The translations under genes were made by a program, and so were the position numbers. The notes beneath the pieces are model-generated. The model saw nothing but the letters and a program-made list of their open reading frames with translations. It was not told the DNA's origin and searched no databases. Below are positions 41,435-52,114 of a stretch of DNA of 64,000 bases, one piece after another (position 1 is the first letter of the stretch; each line of letters opens with the position of its first letter). The stretch covers positions 6,324,001 to 6,388,000 of the forward strand of contig JBHGNT010000017.1 in NCBI GenBank assembly GCA_043228905.1. Direction: 5' to 3'. The DNA comes from Azolla caroliniana (Eukaryota > Plantae > Polypodiophyta).

Positions 41435-43730
41435 TTGCTATATCATGACACTATCCCCCTTTTAAAACGACGAGTGTTACGAGTCGTTTTGGATTGAGGA
41501 GCCGGTGTTGTGGGGAAAACTGGCTACAAGAAGAAACGGAGACCATAGGCGTGTGAACCACAAAGTGCACAGATGCACGCAAATTATAAACTATGCTTGG
41601 TTGGCGTGATGTAGGAAACTTTAATAGGACGAATTGAGCACATGAATAAATTTAGGCAAATCTTTGTCCGAAACGGCAGAGATTAACTACTTGACGTAAC
41701 AACCCTCTCTCTCCTTGGTGTATAAAAGGAGGGAGAGAGGACTGAGTTGGGGATCACGCGTTTAGGGAGAAGGAAGTGTTGTCGGACTGGAAACCGAGCA
41801 TCCTCTCTCCGCTCTCTGCTTTGTTTTTGTTAGCACGGATGCCTCTGCTAGCGTAGGAAGCCTGCGTGTTCCCGTCAAAGGCTACCTGTAGTATGATGGT
41901 GTGTGGGTGTGTGCGTTGTTCATTGAGCTCGTAGCTCAGCCCTGGCTGAGCCAGTTGTAATTACTCTATTTCCCTATTTAATCATTGGTATCTGTCTTGT
42001 AGATAATCATGTGTCCTTTCTCTTCTTTCTCTTCTTGTGCTCCTTGGTCCGAAGCCTCTATGGTCCCGCCTTTGTTTCACATACACACACATAATTCGGC
42101 GACATATTTGGTGAACCTGACATGAATAAGGCAGCTTAGGAGTGTGAAGATGAGGGGAACGAAACTTGCCGAGGCTATGGTGGCAACTGTAGACCGGCTG
42201 GTGAATGCTTGTGAAGGTACGGGAGCCCTCGACAGGGCCATTGAAATGATCATCAGCATAATAGGCCAGTTTAGAGGTAAGAACGTGACAAGCTATCTTA
42301 ACGCCTACCGGGCCATAAATGATAATGAGGGACATCCCAGAGGAAGAACGACTATCCGGATTCCCTCGGGTGGTGATGTCGAGCATCCACATGAAGGTGT
42401 TCGAGGTGCAAGCCAGTGGCCAGACTTGGGAGGAGTTCGAAGGACAACTTCTAGAGAGGTACGGGTTCGATGACTCGCTCTGTCTATAGAAGCGGGAGTT
42501 TATGGAATGGGTCAAAAGCCTTGGAAAGTAGAGGAACACATCGGTGCTTCTCCAGGACTTCGAGAAATGGTTTGCTTGGCTCTCGGCGTTGGACAGGACC
42601 GTGCTCGACACGAGCCATGTCCTATTGTTTATCAAGTCCGTGGACGCGCAAGATTGAGAGAAGGTGGGTCCCCTATTGGAGACGAACGATGGGCTCACGG
42701 CCGACTGGGCCATGGTAAAAAGGGTCTGCAACCGTTTTGACAAACAGTGTGAGTGGAGAGAAGAGGGCCCGTTGGCAGCAAGTCCGACAGCGGGGAGGTA
42801 GCGTGAAGAACCGGTTTCTGCTCGAATGGAAGAGACACGAAGGTGGATTGAGTCCGGCGCAGTCTCGACTGACGTGGTGAAGGGCTTGTCCGGAGGCGAG
42901 GCCCAAAAAGAGCTCACTAAGATGGTATGGGACCTCCAGATTGTGCAAACCCATAGAAAAACAGTGGGGGATAGTCGCGTGACTGAAAGCATTCGGTCCA
43001 CCAATGATGTATGTGGTGCAATGCGGTTGGCCACACCTGAAGAGTTTACGCGGATTTTACCAAGGCACTCAGAAGCAACGTGATGTACATACGGAATGGG
43101 CAGGTGCACACAAGTGAGACTCGGGAAGCCTTGGGATGGAATACCAGCCGGGGCGGAATGGAACGAGTAATGGAAGAAGCTGCGGTGTGACACGCTGAGT
43201 GATGGCGGCCTGAAGTCGAGAGACTTCTGATTCTGGACATTGGTGTTAGAAGGCCTCTCTGGAGTGCAACTAAGAAAGGAGGAAGCGAACCGCGCGGAAA
43301 AGCGGGTCCATGAGGTTACAAGGTGTGAAGCAATGTCTCTAAGTTTCGCGTGCGTGTGTCGCTCGAATGGGACCGCCAGGCCTTGGACCGGGGAGACAAA
43401 AGTAGTGAGGAAGTGGGAGATCAAGACAAAGACATGAGCAATTTATACACAAGTTAGATTTAATACCATGATTTCGGTGGTTTTCTTTGTTACATAGAAT
43501 CAGTTTCATAATTAATCAAAAACTGCTATGAATCATAATGGGTTTTTGTTTTTCTTTAAAATTTCTAGGCTTTAAAATTGCTAGGCTTGACATGATTTCG
43601 GTGGTTATTACAATAATCGGTTATAAATCAACCAAAGGATAAAATAATCTAGCGAAGGCGAGTCTAGTGGGCTTCGAGCTCGACTATGTCCGACGGCTAT
43701 GTTGCCTTGATTCGGAGTAGCTCTCATGCC

Positions 43731-46655
43731 ATTACAACCTCCCTTATGCCACCGGCTACCGAGTTGACTACCACTGAGATGCCGAAGATGTTGATGTATA
43801 AGGAATAGAAGCCCTAAAATATCTTGAGTAAGAAGTATAATAGAAGCAAAACTCTCAAACCCTAAAATCCTAACTCCTCTAGTATGTTGAGGAGAAAAGA
43901 AGAAAAGTAGAAAGAAGAAGCTCTCAAACCCTAACCCTAAAATGAAAAGATGAAAGAGAAAGTGATAAGGAGAAAGTGAGGCTACCAAACCTTAACCCAA
44001 GAAGAAGAGGAGAAGATGAAACCCTAGTGGTATACCCCTACGGCAAAATGGGCGAGTTACAACCTCCATTATGCCACCGGCTACCGAGTTGACTACCACT
44101 GAGATGCCGAAGAAGTTGATGTATAAGGAATAGAAGCCCTAAAATATCTTGAGTAAGAAGTATAATAGAAGCAAAAGTCTCAAACCCTAAAATCCTAACT
44201 CCTCTAGTATGTTGAGGAGAAAAGAAGAAAAGTAGAAAGAAGAAGCTCTCAAACCCTAACCCTAAAATGAAAAGATGAAAGAGAAAGTGATAAGGAGAAA
44301 GTGAGGCTACCAAACCTTAACCCAAGAAGAAGAGGAGAAGATGAAACCCTAGTGGTATACCCCTACGGCAAAATGGGCGAGTTACAACCTCCCTTATGCC
44401 ACTGGCTACCGAGTTGACTATCACTGAGATGCCGAAGAAGTTGATGTATAAGGAATAGAAGCCCTAAAATATCTTGAGTAAGAAGTATAATAGAAGCAAA
44501 ACTCTCAAACCCTAAAATCCTAACTCCTCTAGTATGTTGAGGAGAAAAGAAGAAAAGTAGAAAGAAGAAGCTCTCAAACCCTAACCCTAAAATGAAAAGA
44601 TGAAAGAGAAAGTGATAAGGAGAAAGTGAGGCTACCAAACCTTAACCCAAGAAGAAGAGGAGAAGATGAAACCCTAGTGGTATACCCCTACGGCAAAATG
44701 GGCGAGTTACAACCTCCCTTATGCCACCGGCTACCGAGTTGACTACCACTGAGATGCCGAAGAAGTTGATGTATAAGGAATAGAAGCCCTAAAATATCTT
44801 GAGTAAGAAGTATAATAGAAGCAAAAGTCTCAAACCCTAAAATCCTAACTCCTCTAGTATGTTGAGGAGAAAAGAAGAAAAGTAGAAAGAAGAAGCTCTC
44901 AAACCCTAACCCTAAAATGAAAAGATGAAAGAGAAAGTGATAAGGAGAAAGTGAGGCTACCAAACCTTAACCCAAGAAGAAGAGGAGAAGATGAAACCCT
45001 AGTGGTATACCCCTACGGCAAAATGGGCGAGTTACAACCTCCCTTATGCCACCGGCTACCGAGTTGACTACCACTGAGATGCCGAAGAAGTTGATGTATA
45101 AGGAATAGAAGCCCTAAAATATCTTGAGTAAGAAGTATAATAGAAGCAAAACTCTCAAACCCTAAAATCCTAACTCCTCTAGTATGTTGAGGAGAAAAGA
45201 AGAAAAGTAGAAAGAAGAAGCTCTCAAACCCTAACCCTAAAATGAAAAGATGAAAGAGAAAGTGATAAGGAGAAAGTGAGGCTACCAAACCTTAACCCAA
45301 GAAGAAGAGGAGAAGATGAAACCCTAGTGGTATACCCCTACGGCAAAATGGGCGAGTTACAACCTCCATTATGCCACCGGCTACCGAGTTGACTACCATT
45401 GAGATGCCGAAGAAGTTGATGTATAAGGAATAGAAGCCCTAAAATATCTTGAGTAAGAAGTATAATAGAAGCAAAAGTCTCAAACCCTAAAATCCTAACT
45501 CCTCTAGTATGTTGAGGAGAAAAGAAGAAAAGTAGAAAGAAGAAGCTCTCAAACCCTAACCCTAAAATGAAAAGATGAAAGAGAAAGTGATAAGGAGAAA
45601 GTGAGGCTACCAAACCTTAACCCAAGAAGAAGAGGAGAAGATGAAACCCTAGTGGTATACCCCTACGGCAAAATGGGCGAGTTACAACCTCCCTTATGCC
45701 ACCGGCTACCGAGTTGACTACCACTGAGATGCCGAAGAAGTTGATGTATAAGGAATAGAAGCCCTAAAATATCTTGAGTAAGAAGTATAATAGAAGCAAA
45801 ACTCTCAAACCCTAAAATCCTAACTCCTCTAGTATGTTGAGGAGAAAAGAAGAAAAGTAGAAAGAAGAAGCTCTCAAACCCTAACCCTAAAATGAAAAGA
45901 TGAAAGAGAAAGTGATAAGGAGAAAGTGAGGCTACCAAACCTTAACCCAAGAAGAAGAGGAGAAGATGAAACCCTAGTGGTATACCCCTACGGCAAAATG
46001 GGCGAGTTACAACCTCCCTTATGCCACCGGCTACCGAGTTGACTACCACTGAGATGCCGAAGAAGTTGATGTATAAGGAATAGAAGCCCTAAAATATCTT
46101 GAGTAAGAAGTATAATAAAAGCAAAACTCTCAAACCCTAAAATCCTAACTCCTCTAGTATGTTGAGGAGAAAAGAAGAAAAGTAGAAAGAAGAAGCTCTC
46201 AAACCCTAACCCTAAAATGAAAAGATGAAAGAGAAAGTGATAAGGAGAAAGTGAGGCTACCAAACCTTAACCCAAGAAGAAGAGGAGAAGATGAAACCCT
46301 AGTGGTATACCCCTACGGCAAAATGGGCGAGTTACAACCTCCCTTATGCCACCGGCTACCGAGTTGACTACCACTGAGATGCCGAAGAAGTTGATGTATA
46401 AGGAATAGAAGCCCTAAAATATCTTGAGTAAGAAGTATAATAGAAGCAAAACTCTCAAACCCTAAAATCCTAACTCCTCTAGTATGTTGAGGAGAAAAGA
46501 AGAAAAGTAGAAAGAAGAAGCTCTCAAACCCTAACCCTAAAATGAAAAGATGAAAGAGAAAGTGATAAGGAGAAAGTGAGGCTACCAAACCTTAACCCAA
46601 GAAGAAGAGGAGAAGATGAAACCCTAGTGGTATACCCCTACGGCAAAATGGGCGA
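43731..46655. repeat. 325-bp tandem array, 9 near-identical copies, telobox-rich
   Basis: Period 325 is seen directly and in the repeated 91-aa ORFs. 2925 bp = 9 x 325. Each unit has three AAACCCTA motifs. Confidence 0.98.
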
Positions 46656-46786
46656 CCCTCAAATAAGCGCTATCGCTCCTCTTTTATAGAGGAAAGAGGA
46701 GCTTATTTTAACATTACGTGCTTTTATTTCTTTCTTTATCACAAAAATGGAAGGAGAAGGGAAGCAAAATGCTTTGTAGGAAGAGA

Positions 46787-46840
46787 GACTCGAACTCTAC
46801 ACCTCTCTACATATACTTATAGGCCTTAACCACTAAGCTA
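46787..46840 (-). promoter_or_regulatory. tRNA-derived Pol III A box/B box pair in LTR L
   Basis: Minus strand TAGCTTAGTGGTTAAGGC...AGTTCGAGTC, spacing 44 nt. Confidence 0.65.
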
Positions 46841-48379
46841 CTACAAGTTACTTATTGTTTATTATTTTTATTCTTTTTTCTACATTATTTCATGAGATGT
46901 GTGTGGAACCTCGCTTTTTCTCACAATGCACACGCCACACCACGACAACGTCCTACCAAAACTACGAGGTGCTGGTGGAAGATAAGCGAGCGGGAAAGGG
47001 CGGAGGAGCCGGACCCTCTGGCCAGTACGAGACGCGGAGCGTGCCGAAGAGAAATGACGCCGACATTCCCGGCTCACAGGAAAGACCAAAACCGGCAAGC
47101 TACCGGCTAGGCTTAGAAATAAAGAAGGCGACAAACTTACGGAAAGTCCTTGAAGAACGAATCCTCTACAACAGGGTGGACCTGTCTCCGAGGGAAGTGG
47201 TGGGAATCGCTAAGAAGGAGTTCCACGACTCCATCGTAGACATGGTGACGCATAAAAGGCTCGCGACAGAGCCGGAACCGAAAAAGCCCATGGAAGTGCG
47301 AACGACGTACTTAGATGACACGGCTGTCGAAGATGAATTGGCAGATAGCCACTACTCGAAGCTACATTGGGTGCGAGCGACTACTGAGACCCCCGTCCGG
47401 ATCGGGAACATTGAAGAGCCGGTGGTGGCCCTAATAGACTATGGATCCAAAATAAACCTGATGTCCATGGATTTCTACAAAAAATGGAAGTGGTCGATCA
47501 ACACCAAGCATGGGTGGAAAATACGTGCGGCTATGCGTGATACGAAGAAGCTACACGGGGCATGCCTAAATGAAAACTTGAAGATTGGCGATGTCGAGGT
47601 CGATCAACACTTTTTCGTGTAGGAGACTTCCTCACGCTCGGTGATTCTCGGTGAACCATACATTACAACGGCCCATATGGAGACCAAAGTGCTTGAGAAC
47701 GGTTTAGTGTACGTGCGGGTGAAAAGCTAAAACAGACGCTACTTCGTCTAATTTATTACTGTGCGACCGAACCATGAGCGTAACCGCAAATCTCTCGGCA
47801 GTGACGACTGAGAGGATTTTTAGAAAGGGCTATCAAGGCGTGGGGCCATGATAGTCCAAACACCCTAGAGAAACCCCACACGTGTACCATAGTGATGAGG
47901 TGTTTAAGACAAAGGATAATCTTACACTATATGAGGGCTTGAACAAACCGGTTACATGGAGTTGTGACTCATAATATATTATATAGATCAAGAGAGACTC
48001 AAGAAATTAAGAAAAAAGGATAGAGAAGATGAGAAAGAGATAATATTGTTATGATATTCCAACATCAAGACAATACAAAGGAGATAAACTCCACATTCAA
48101 CTAAGAAACCAAAGACCTTCTTACTACCAATCACCAAAAAATTACAATTAAGACCCTTCCTCTTTCACTAAGATTTCTCTTCCTAAGACTCCCTCTCCTC
48201 TATTAGGATCCTCTCCCTCTTAATTCTTTTTCTTATTAGTCCTTCCACTTCTTCTTTTTCCTCGTTCACGCTGTCGTAGTGTATTTCGTACACTACGTGA
48301 AAAACTTATAAAGTACCGATTTAATAAATATGAATAAATAGTAGAAAATATTAAAATGTATATAACATGCATAGGGAAA

Positions 48380-48432
48380 GATTTGAACCTTGCACCTCCA
48401 TGTTAATAATGTAATGTCTTACCATTACACTA
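48380..48432 (-). promoter_or_regulatory. tRNA-derived Pol III A box/B box pair in LTR of J (copy at 51075-51127)
   Basis: Minus strand TAGTGTAATGG...GGTTCAAATC, spacing 43 nt. Confidence 0.7.
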
Positions 48433-49085
48433 GCATTTCATTAGTGTTCAAAAATAGATGTTCCACATAGAAAGCTTAGTTCACCTAGGATAAACTTTAG
48501 TTAAAAGAAAACGCATGCTAAAAGAAAAAGCTACGCATGCACATCTAGCGTGCATGAACGCTATAGTTGATAAAAAATGCACAAGTTAGAAAAAACATGA
48601 TCACTTTAGATAAAGCATATAGTCTATCTATAGGAAAAGCATGGAGTCTATAGTTAGAAAAAAAAAGCATGGATTCCTAAGACTCCCTTATCACTACATA
48701 AGGATGGGGAGCACAATGTAATAGGGGTGTGTGAAATATTTAGAAATTGGATATATTTCCGAAAACACCAACCGATTAATATAATCATGGGATTCACGAA
48801 AATAATATAATCTATACTTGTGGGATTCACAAGTTTCTTATATCTTTCTTTCAATCTAAATACATATTCTTATCTAAATATTGATTAATCGAATACAATA
48901 CACTCGTGGGATTCACGAAATTTCTATCTCTCTTTCTAATAATCTATTCATTACTAGCCTCATCTCATATTCTTCTTTCTCCTAGTCCAAAACCCCAGTG
49001 GTTCCCACCCGACTCACGCAAACGATCCGGAGCCGAAACGCACGACACAGTTGGTGAACCCGACGTGAAGACGGGTAGCAAGGAG

Positions 49086-50354
49086 ATGGAAAATCAACAA
49101 AAGGCCAACATGATGATGATGTTCGAGAGAATGCTACAAGAACAACGTGCGATGTCGGAGATGAAGTCGGCAGTAGAGCGGCTTGTGCAACGAAACGGGC
49201 AATTCAACGGAAATGATGTGTCATGCTATCTACGTGAATACAAGGCGGAGATGATGCGATGTGGGATACCAGAAGGATTGCAAGTGATATCCTTTAGCCG
49301 GGTAGCCACGGATGAGTTACAAGAAAGAATCTACAAGATACGGCAACAAAATCCAACATGGGGGTCCTTTGAAGAAGCTTTACGAGAGGCATATGACTAC
49401 GAGAGATCGAAGGGACGAGATCGACGCGAGTTTGACGAATGGGTGGCATCAGAGAAGACCCACCGAAGTGCAACACAAGCATTCCTAGAGTTTGAGCATC
49501 GTCTTGCTCGACTCTCGGAGCGGGAACAACAATTGGTGGGGGAGGATAAAGTCCTAATGTTCGTAAAATCGATCGATCGAAAAGAAAGGATGGACATCGG
49601 GATCGAACTCGAAGACGATGAAGGTACAAATGGTCTTACCGAAGATTGGGCCAAAGTCCAAAGGGTATGCCGGAGACATGATGAGAGGAAGATGAGAATC
49701 TTGTCAACGACATGGCCGATGAAGGATGGTCGATTGAAGACAAACGATGGAGCCGATATGAAGGCCTTCGGAATACAAGTGTCTGAAACATTGGGTGAAA
49801 AAGGGGTAAGCATAATTGATGTTTGCATAATTGATGCAGTGAAGGAGAGTAAGGAGGACTTGATTGAGGAGGTCACCAAGAAAGATGACATCGAATCGAA
49901 GGTGGCTATGGACGAATCAATGGCGGATGGCCATATCGAGATTTCTCCACCGCTGATTCCAGAGACTCTGGCGGTTACGTTCGAAAGGCAACGTGAGACC
50001 GAAGAGACGGAAGGTGGTGGAGAGAAAACAGAGGTTGAAGCCGATTCATACGACGGAGAGATAGCCGAGAAGGAGGCTATGGTTGAAATGATAGAGGATG
50101 ATAATACCGAGGGTTCATGCGCACTAATCCTAGAGGCTTCGGCGGTTGCGTCCAAGAAGCAACGTGAGACCGGAGAGACGGGAGATGGCGGCAAGGAAGG
50201 TAAAGTCGGAAGCCGGTTCGGATGGAAGATGATCCGTCTGAAATTCCGATGTAAACAAAAGCACGACAACGCGAAGGTCGGGTCTACGATGGGAGAAGCA
50301 TGTAATACGGAGCACGCGCTACGGCACCAAAAGAAGCACGTGCTACGGCGTTAA
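49086..50354 (+). CDS. Gag-like protein (422 aa) of element J with acidic C-terminal extension
   Basis: Uninterrupted ORF. GQFNGNDVSCYL..YKAEM, KVLMFVKSID and GLTEDWAKV match the gag of element A (GRFSGKDATKYL, RVLLFVKSVD, GLTTDWAAV). Confidence 0.8.
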   Translation: MENQQKANMMMMFERMLQEQRAMSEMKSAVERLVQRNGQFNGNDVSCYLREYKAEMMRCGIPEGLQVISFSRVATDELQERIYKIRQQNPTWGSFEEALREAYDYERSKGRDRREFDEWVASEKTHRSATQAFLEFEHRLARLSEREQQLVGEDKVLMFVKSIDRKERMDIGIELEDDEGTNGLTEDWAKVQRVCRRHDERKMRILSTTWPMKDGRLKTNDGADMKAFGIQVSETLGEKGVSIIDVCIIDAVKESKEDLIEEVTKKDDIESKVAMDESMADGHIEISPPLIPETLAVTFERQRETEETEGGGEKTEVEADSYDGEIAEKEAMVEMIEDDNTEGSCALILEASAVASKKQRETGETGDGGKEGKVGSRFGWKMIRLKFRCKQKHDNAKVGSTMGEACNTEHALRHQKKHVLRR

Positions 50355-52114
50355 GAGAAGCACACGCTACGGCGCAAAAAGAAGCACGCGCTACGGTGCA
50401 AAAAGAAGCATGCACTACGGGGTAATACGACGCATGCGCAACATCGAGAAATAAAGCATGCATTAAAGCCGCACAAGGACCTAATAGCGAGCGCGTATTC
50501 GGAGGTCGACATCGACGCGTGGGTAGAACCTACAGAAGACAAGCGCGGAGTGGAGAGAGACAACACACCGAGATGCTCAAGAGTACCACAAGGGACCATG
50601 ACAACCACTCATGGCAATGCAAAGAATGAACGAAGATTATGGTGGATCGGATGGCGACAATGGTTCGGGTGGAAAGAATGGATGTGCTCAAAATGGAGAG
50701 ACAAAACTGACATAGCAAGAGAAACGAAGGGTACAACAAGTAACGAAGAATTACGAGGGCCGGTAACCAGAGACCGGACAGAGCCGGCAACTGAACTGAA
50801 CCGGAAACCGGCCGGAGTCGGCAACCAAAAACCGGAGACCGAACGGGGCTGGCAACCAAAAATGACCGGTGACGAAACCAACCATGCGGAGAACGGATAG
50901 ACGAGACTAACAATCACCGACAACTTCGGCACATACCGGAGGATGTGCGGGTTCGGAGGGGGCGAGTGTCGTAGTGTATTTCGTACACTACATGAAAAAC
51001 TTATAAAGTACCGATTTAATAAATATGAATAAATAGTAGAAAATATTAAAATGTATATAACATGCATAGGGCACGATTTGAACCTTGCACCTCCATGTTA
51101 ATAATGTAATGTCTTACCATTACACTAGCATTTCATTAGTGTTCAAAAATAGATGTTCCACATAGAAAGCTTAGTTCACCTAGGATAAACTTTAGTTAAA
51201 AGAAAACGCATGCTAAAAGAAAAAGCTACGCATGCACATCTAGCGTGCATGAACGCTATAGTTGATAAAAAATGCACAAGTTAGAAAAAGCATGATCACT
51301 TTAGATAAAGCATATAGTCTATCTATAGGAAAAGCATGGAGTCTATAGTTAGAAAAAAAAAGCATGGATTCCTAAGACTCCCTTATCACTACATAAGGAT
51401 GGGGAGCACAATGTAATAGGGGTGTGTGAAATATTTAGAAATTGGATATATTTCCGAAAACACCAACCCATTAATATAATCGTGGGATTCACGAAAATAA
51501 TATAATCTATACTTGTGGGATTCACAAGTTTCTTATATCTTTCTTTCAATCTAAATACATATTCTTATCTAAATATTGATTAATCGAATACAATACACTC
51601 GTGGGATTCACGAAATTTCTATCTCTCTTTCTAATAATCTATTCATTACTAGCCTCATCTCATATTCTTCTTTCTCCTAGTCCAAAACCCCAGTTGTTCC
51701 CACCCAACTCACGCAAACGATCCGGAGCCGAAACGCACGACAACGCTATTTTTAGAAGCTTTTTATCTCCTATTTTTAGCTAAGACCCAGCGACCTTCTA
51801 ATCGTCATATCTCCATCATCATAGCTCCAAATTTAGTGATTTAAACATCTATAGATATCTCTCTTTACAAGCTTTCTAACCCATATTTAAACATAATATT
51901 TGGGCCACACACGAAGGAGTTATGACCATTCCTTTTTTACTTTTTTTTATGGTCCGCTTTTTCTCTTTTTACTTTTCTCTTGGTCTCGTACTTTTACTTT
52001 TGACTTCTTCCTAAGGTCTTGGTTCGTGTTCTTAGCTTCCAAATGTGAGTTATCCATACTTTATAGTCTTCTAATGTTCAATGGCTTAGATTCTAAAAAT
52101 ACTTTCACACATAG

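Larger units (their letters stand above)
43324..46947 (-). mobile_element. Solo-LTR-like insertion L, expanded to 3.6 kb by an internal tandem array
   Basis: Minus-strand TGTCGTGGTG...CTTCACA ends, TATAAAA at about 46682-46688. It interrupts K gag, has no matching TSD, and about 40 bp of host is missing. Confidence 0.7.
48272..51742 (+). mobile_element. Young gag-only non-autonomous LTR element J (relative of I)
   Basis: Near-identical LTRs 48272-49047 and 50967-51742, Trp PBS 49052-49069, PPT 50955-50966, TSD ACGC. No PR, RT or IN. Confidence 0.95.
47893..52109. mobile_element. Solo LTR M (about 740 bp) inserted in K and split by element J
   Basis: TGATGAGG...TTTCACA with TSD CATAG (47888-47892 / 52110-52114). 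Removing it restores collinearity of K with element A. Confidence 0.85.

Noticed and set aside
43731-46655. CRISPR-like array, or a tandem family of 91-aa membrane proteins
   Set aside because: Units are identical along their whole length with no unique spacers, there are no cas genes, and the context is eukaryotic. The hydrophobic ORFs start at a non-ATG codon and simply reflect the T-rich strand of the repeat.
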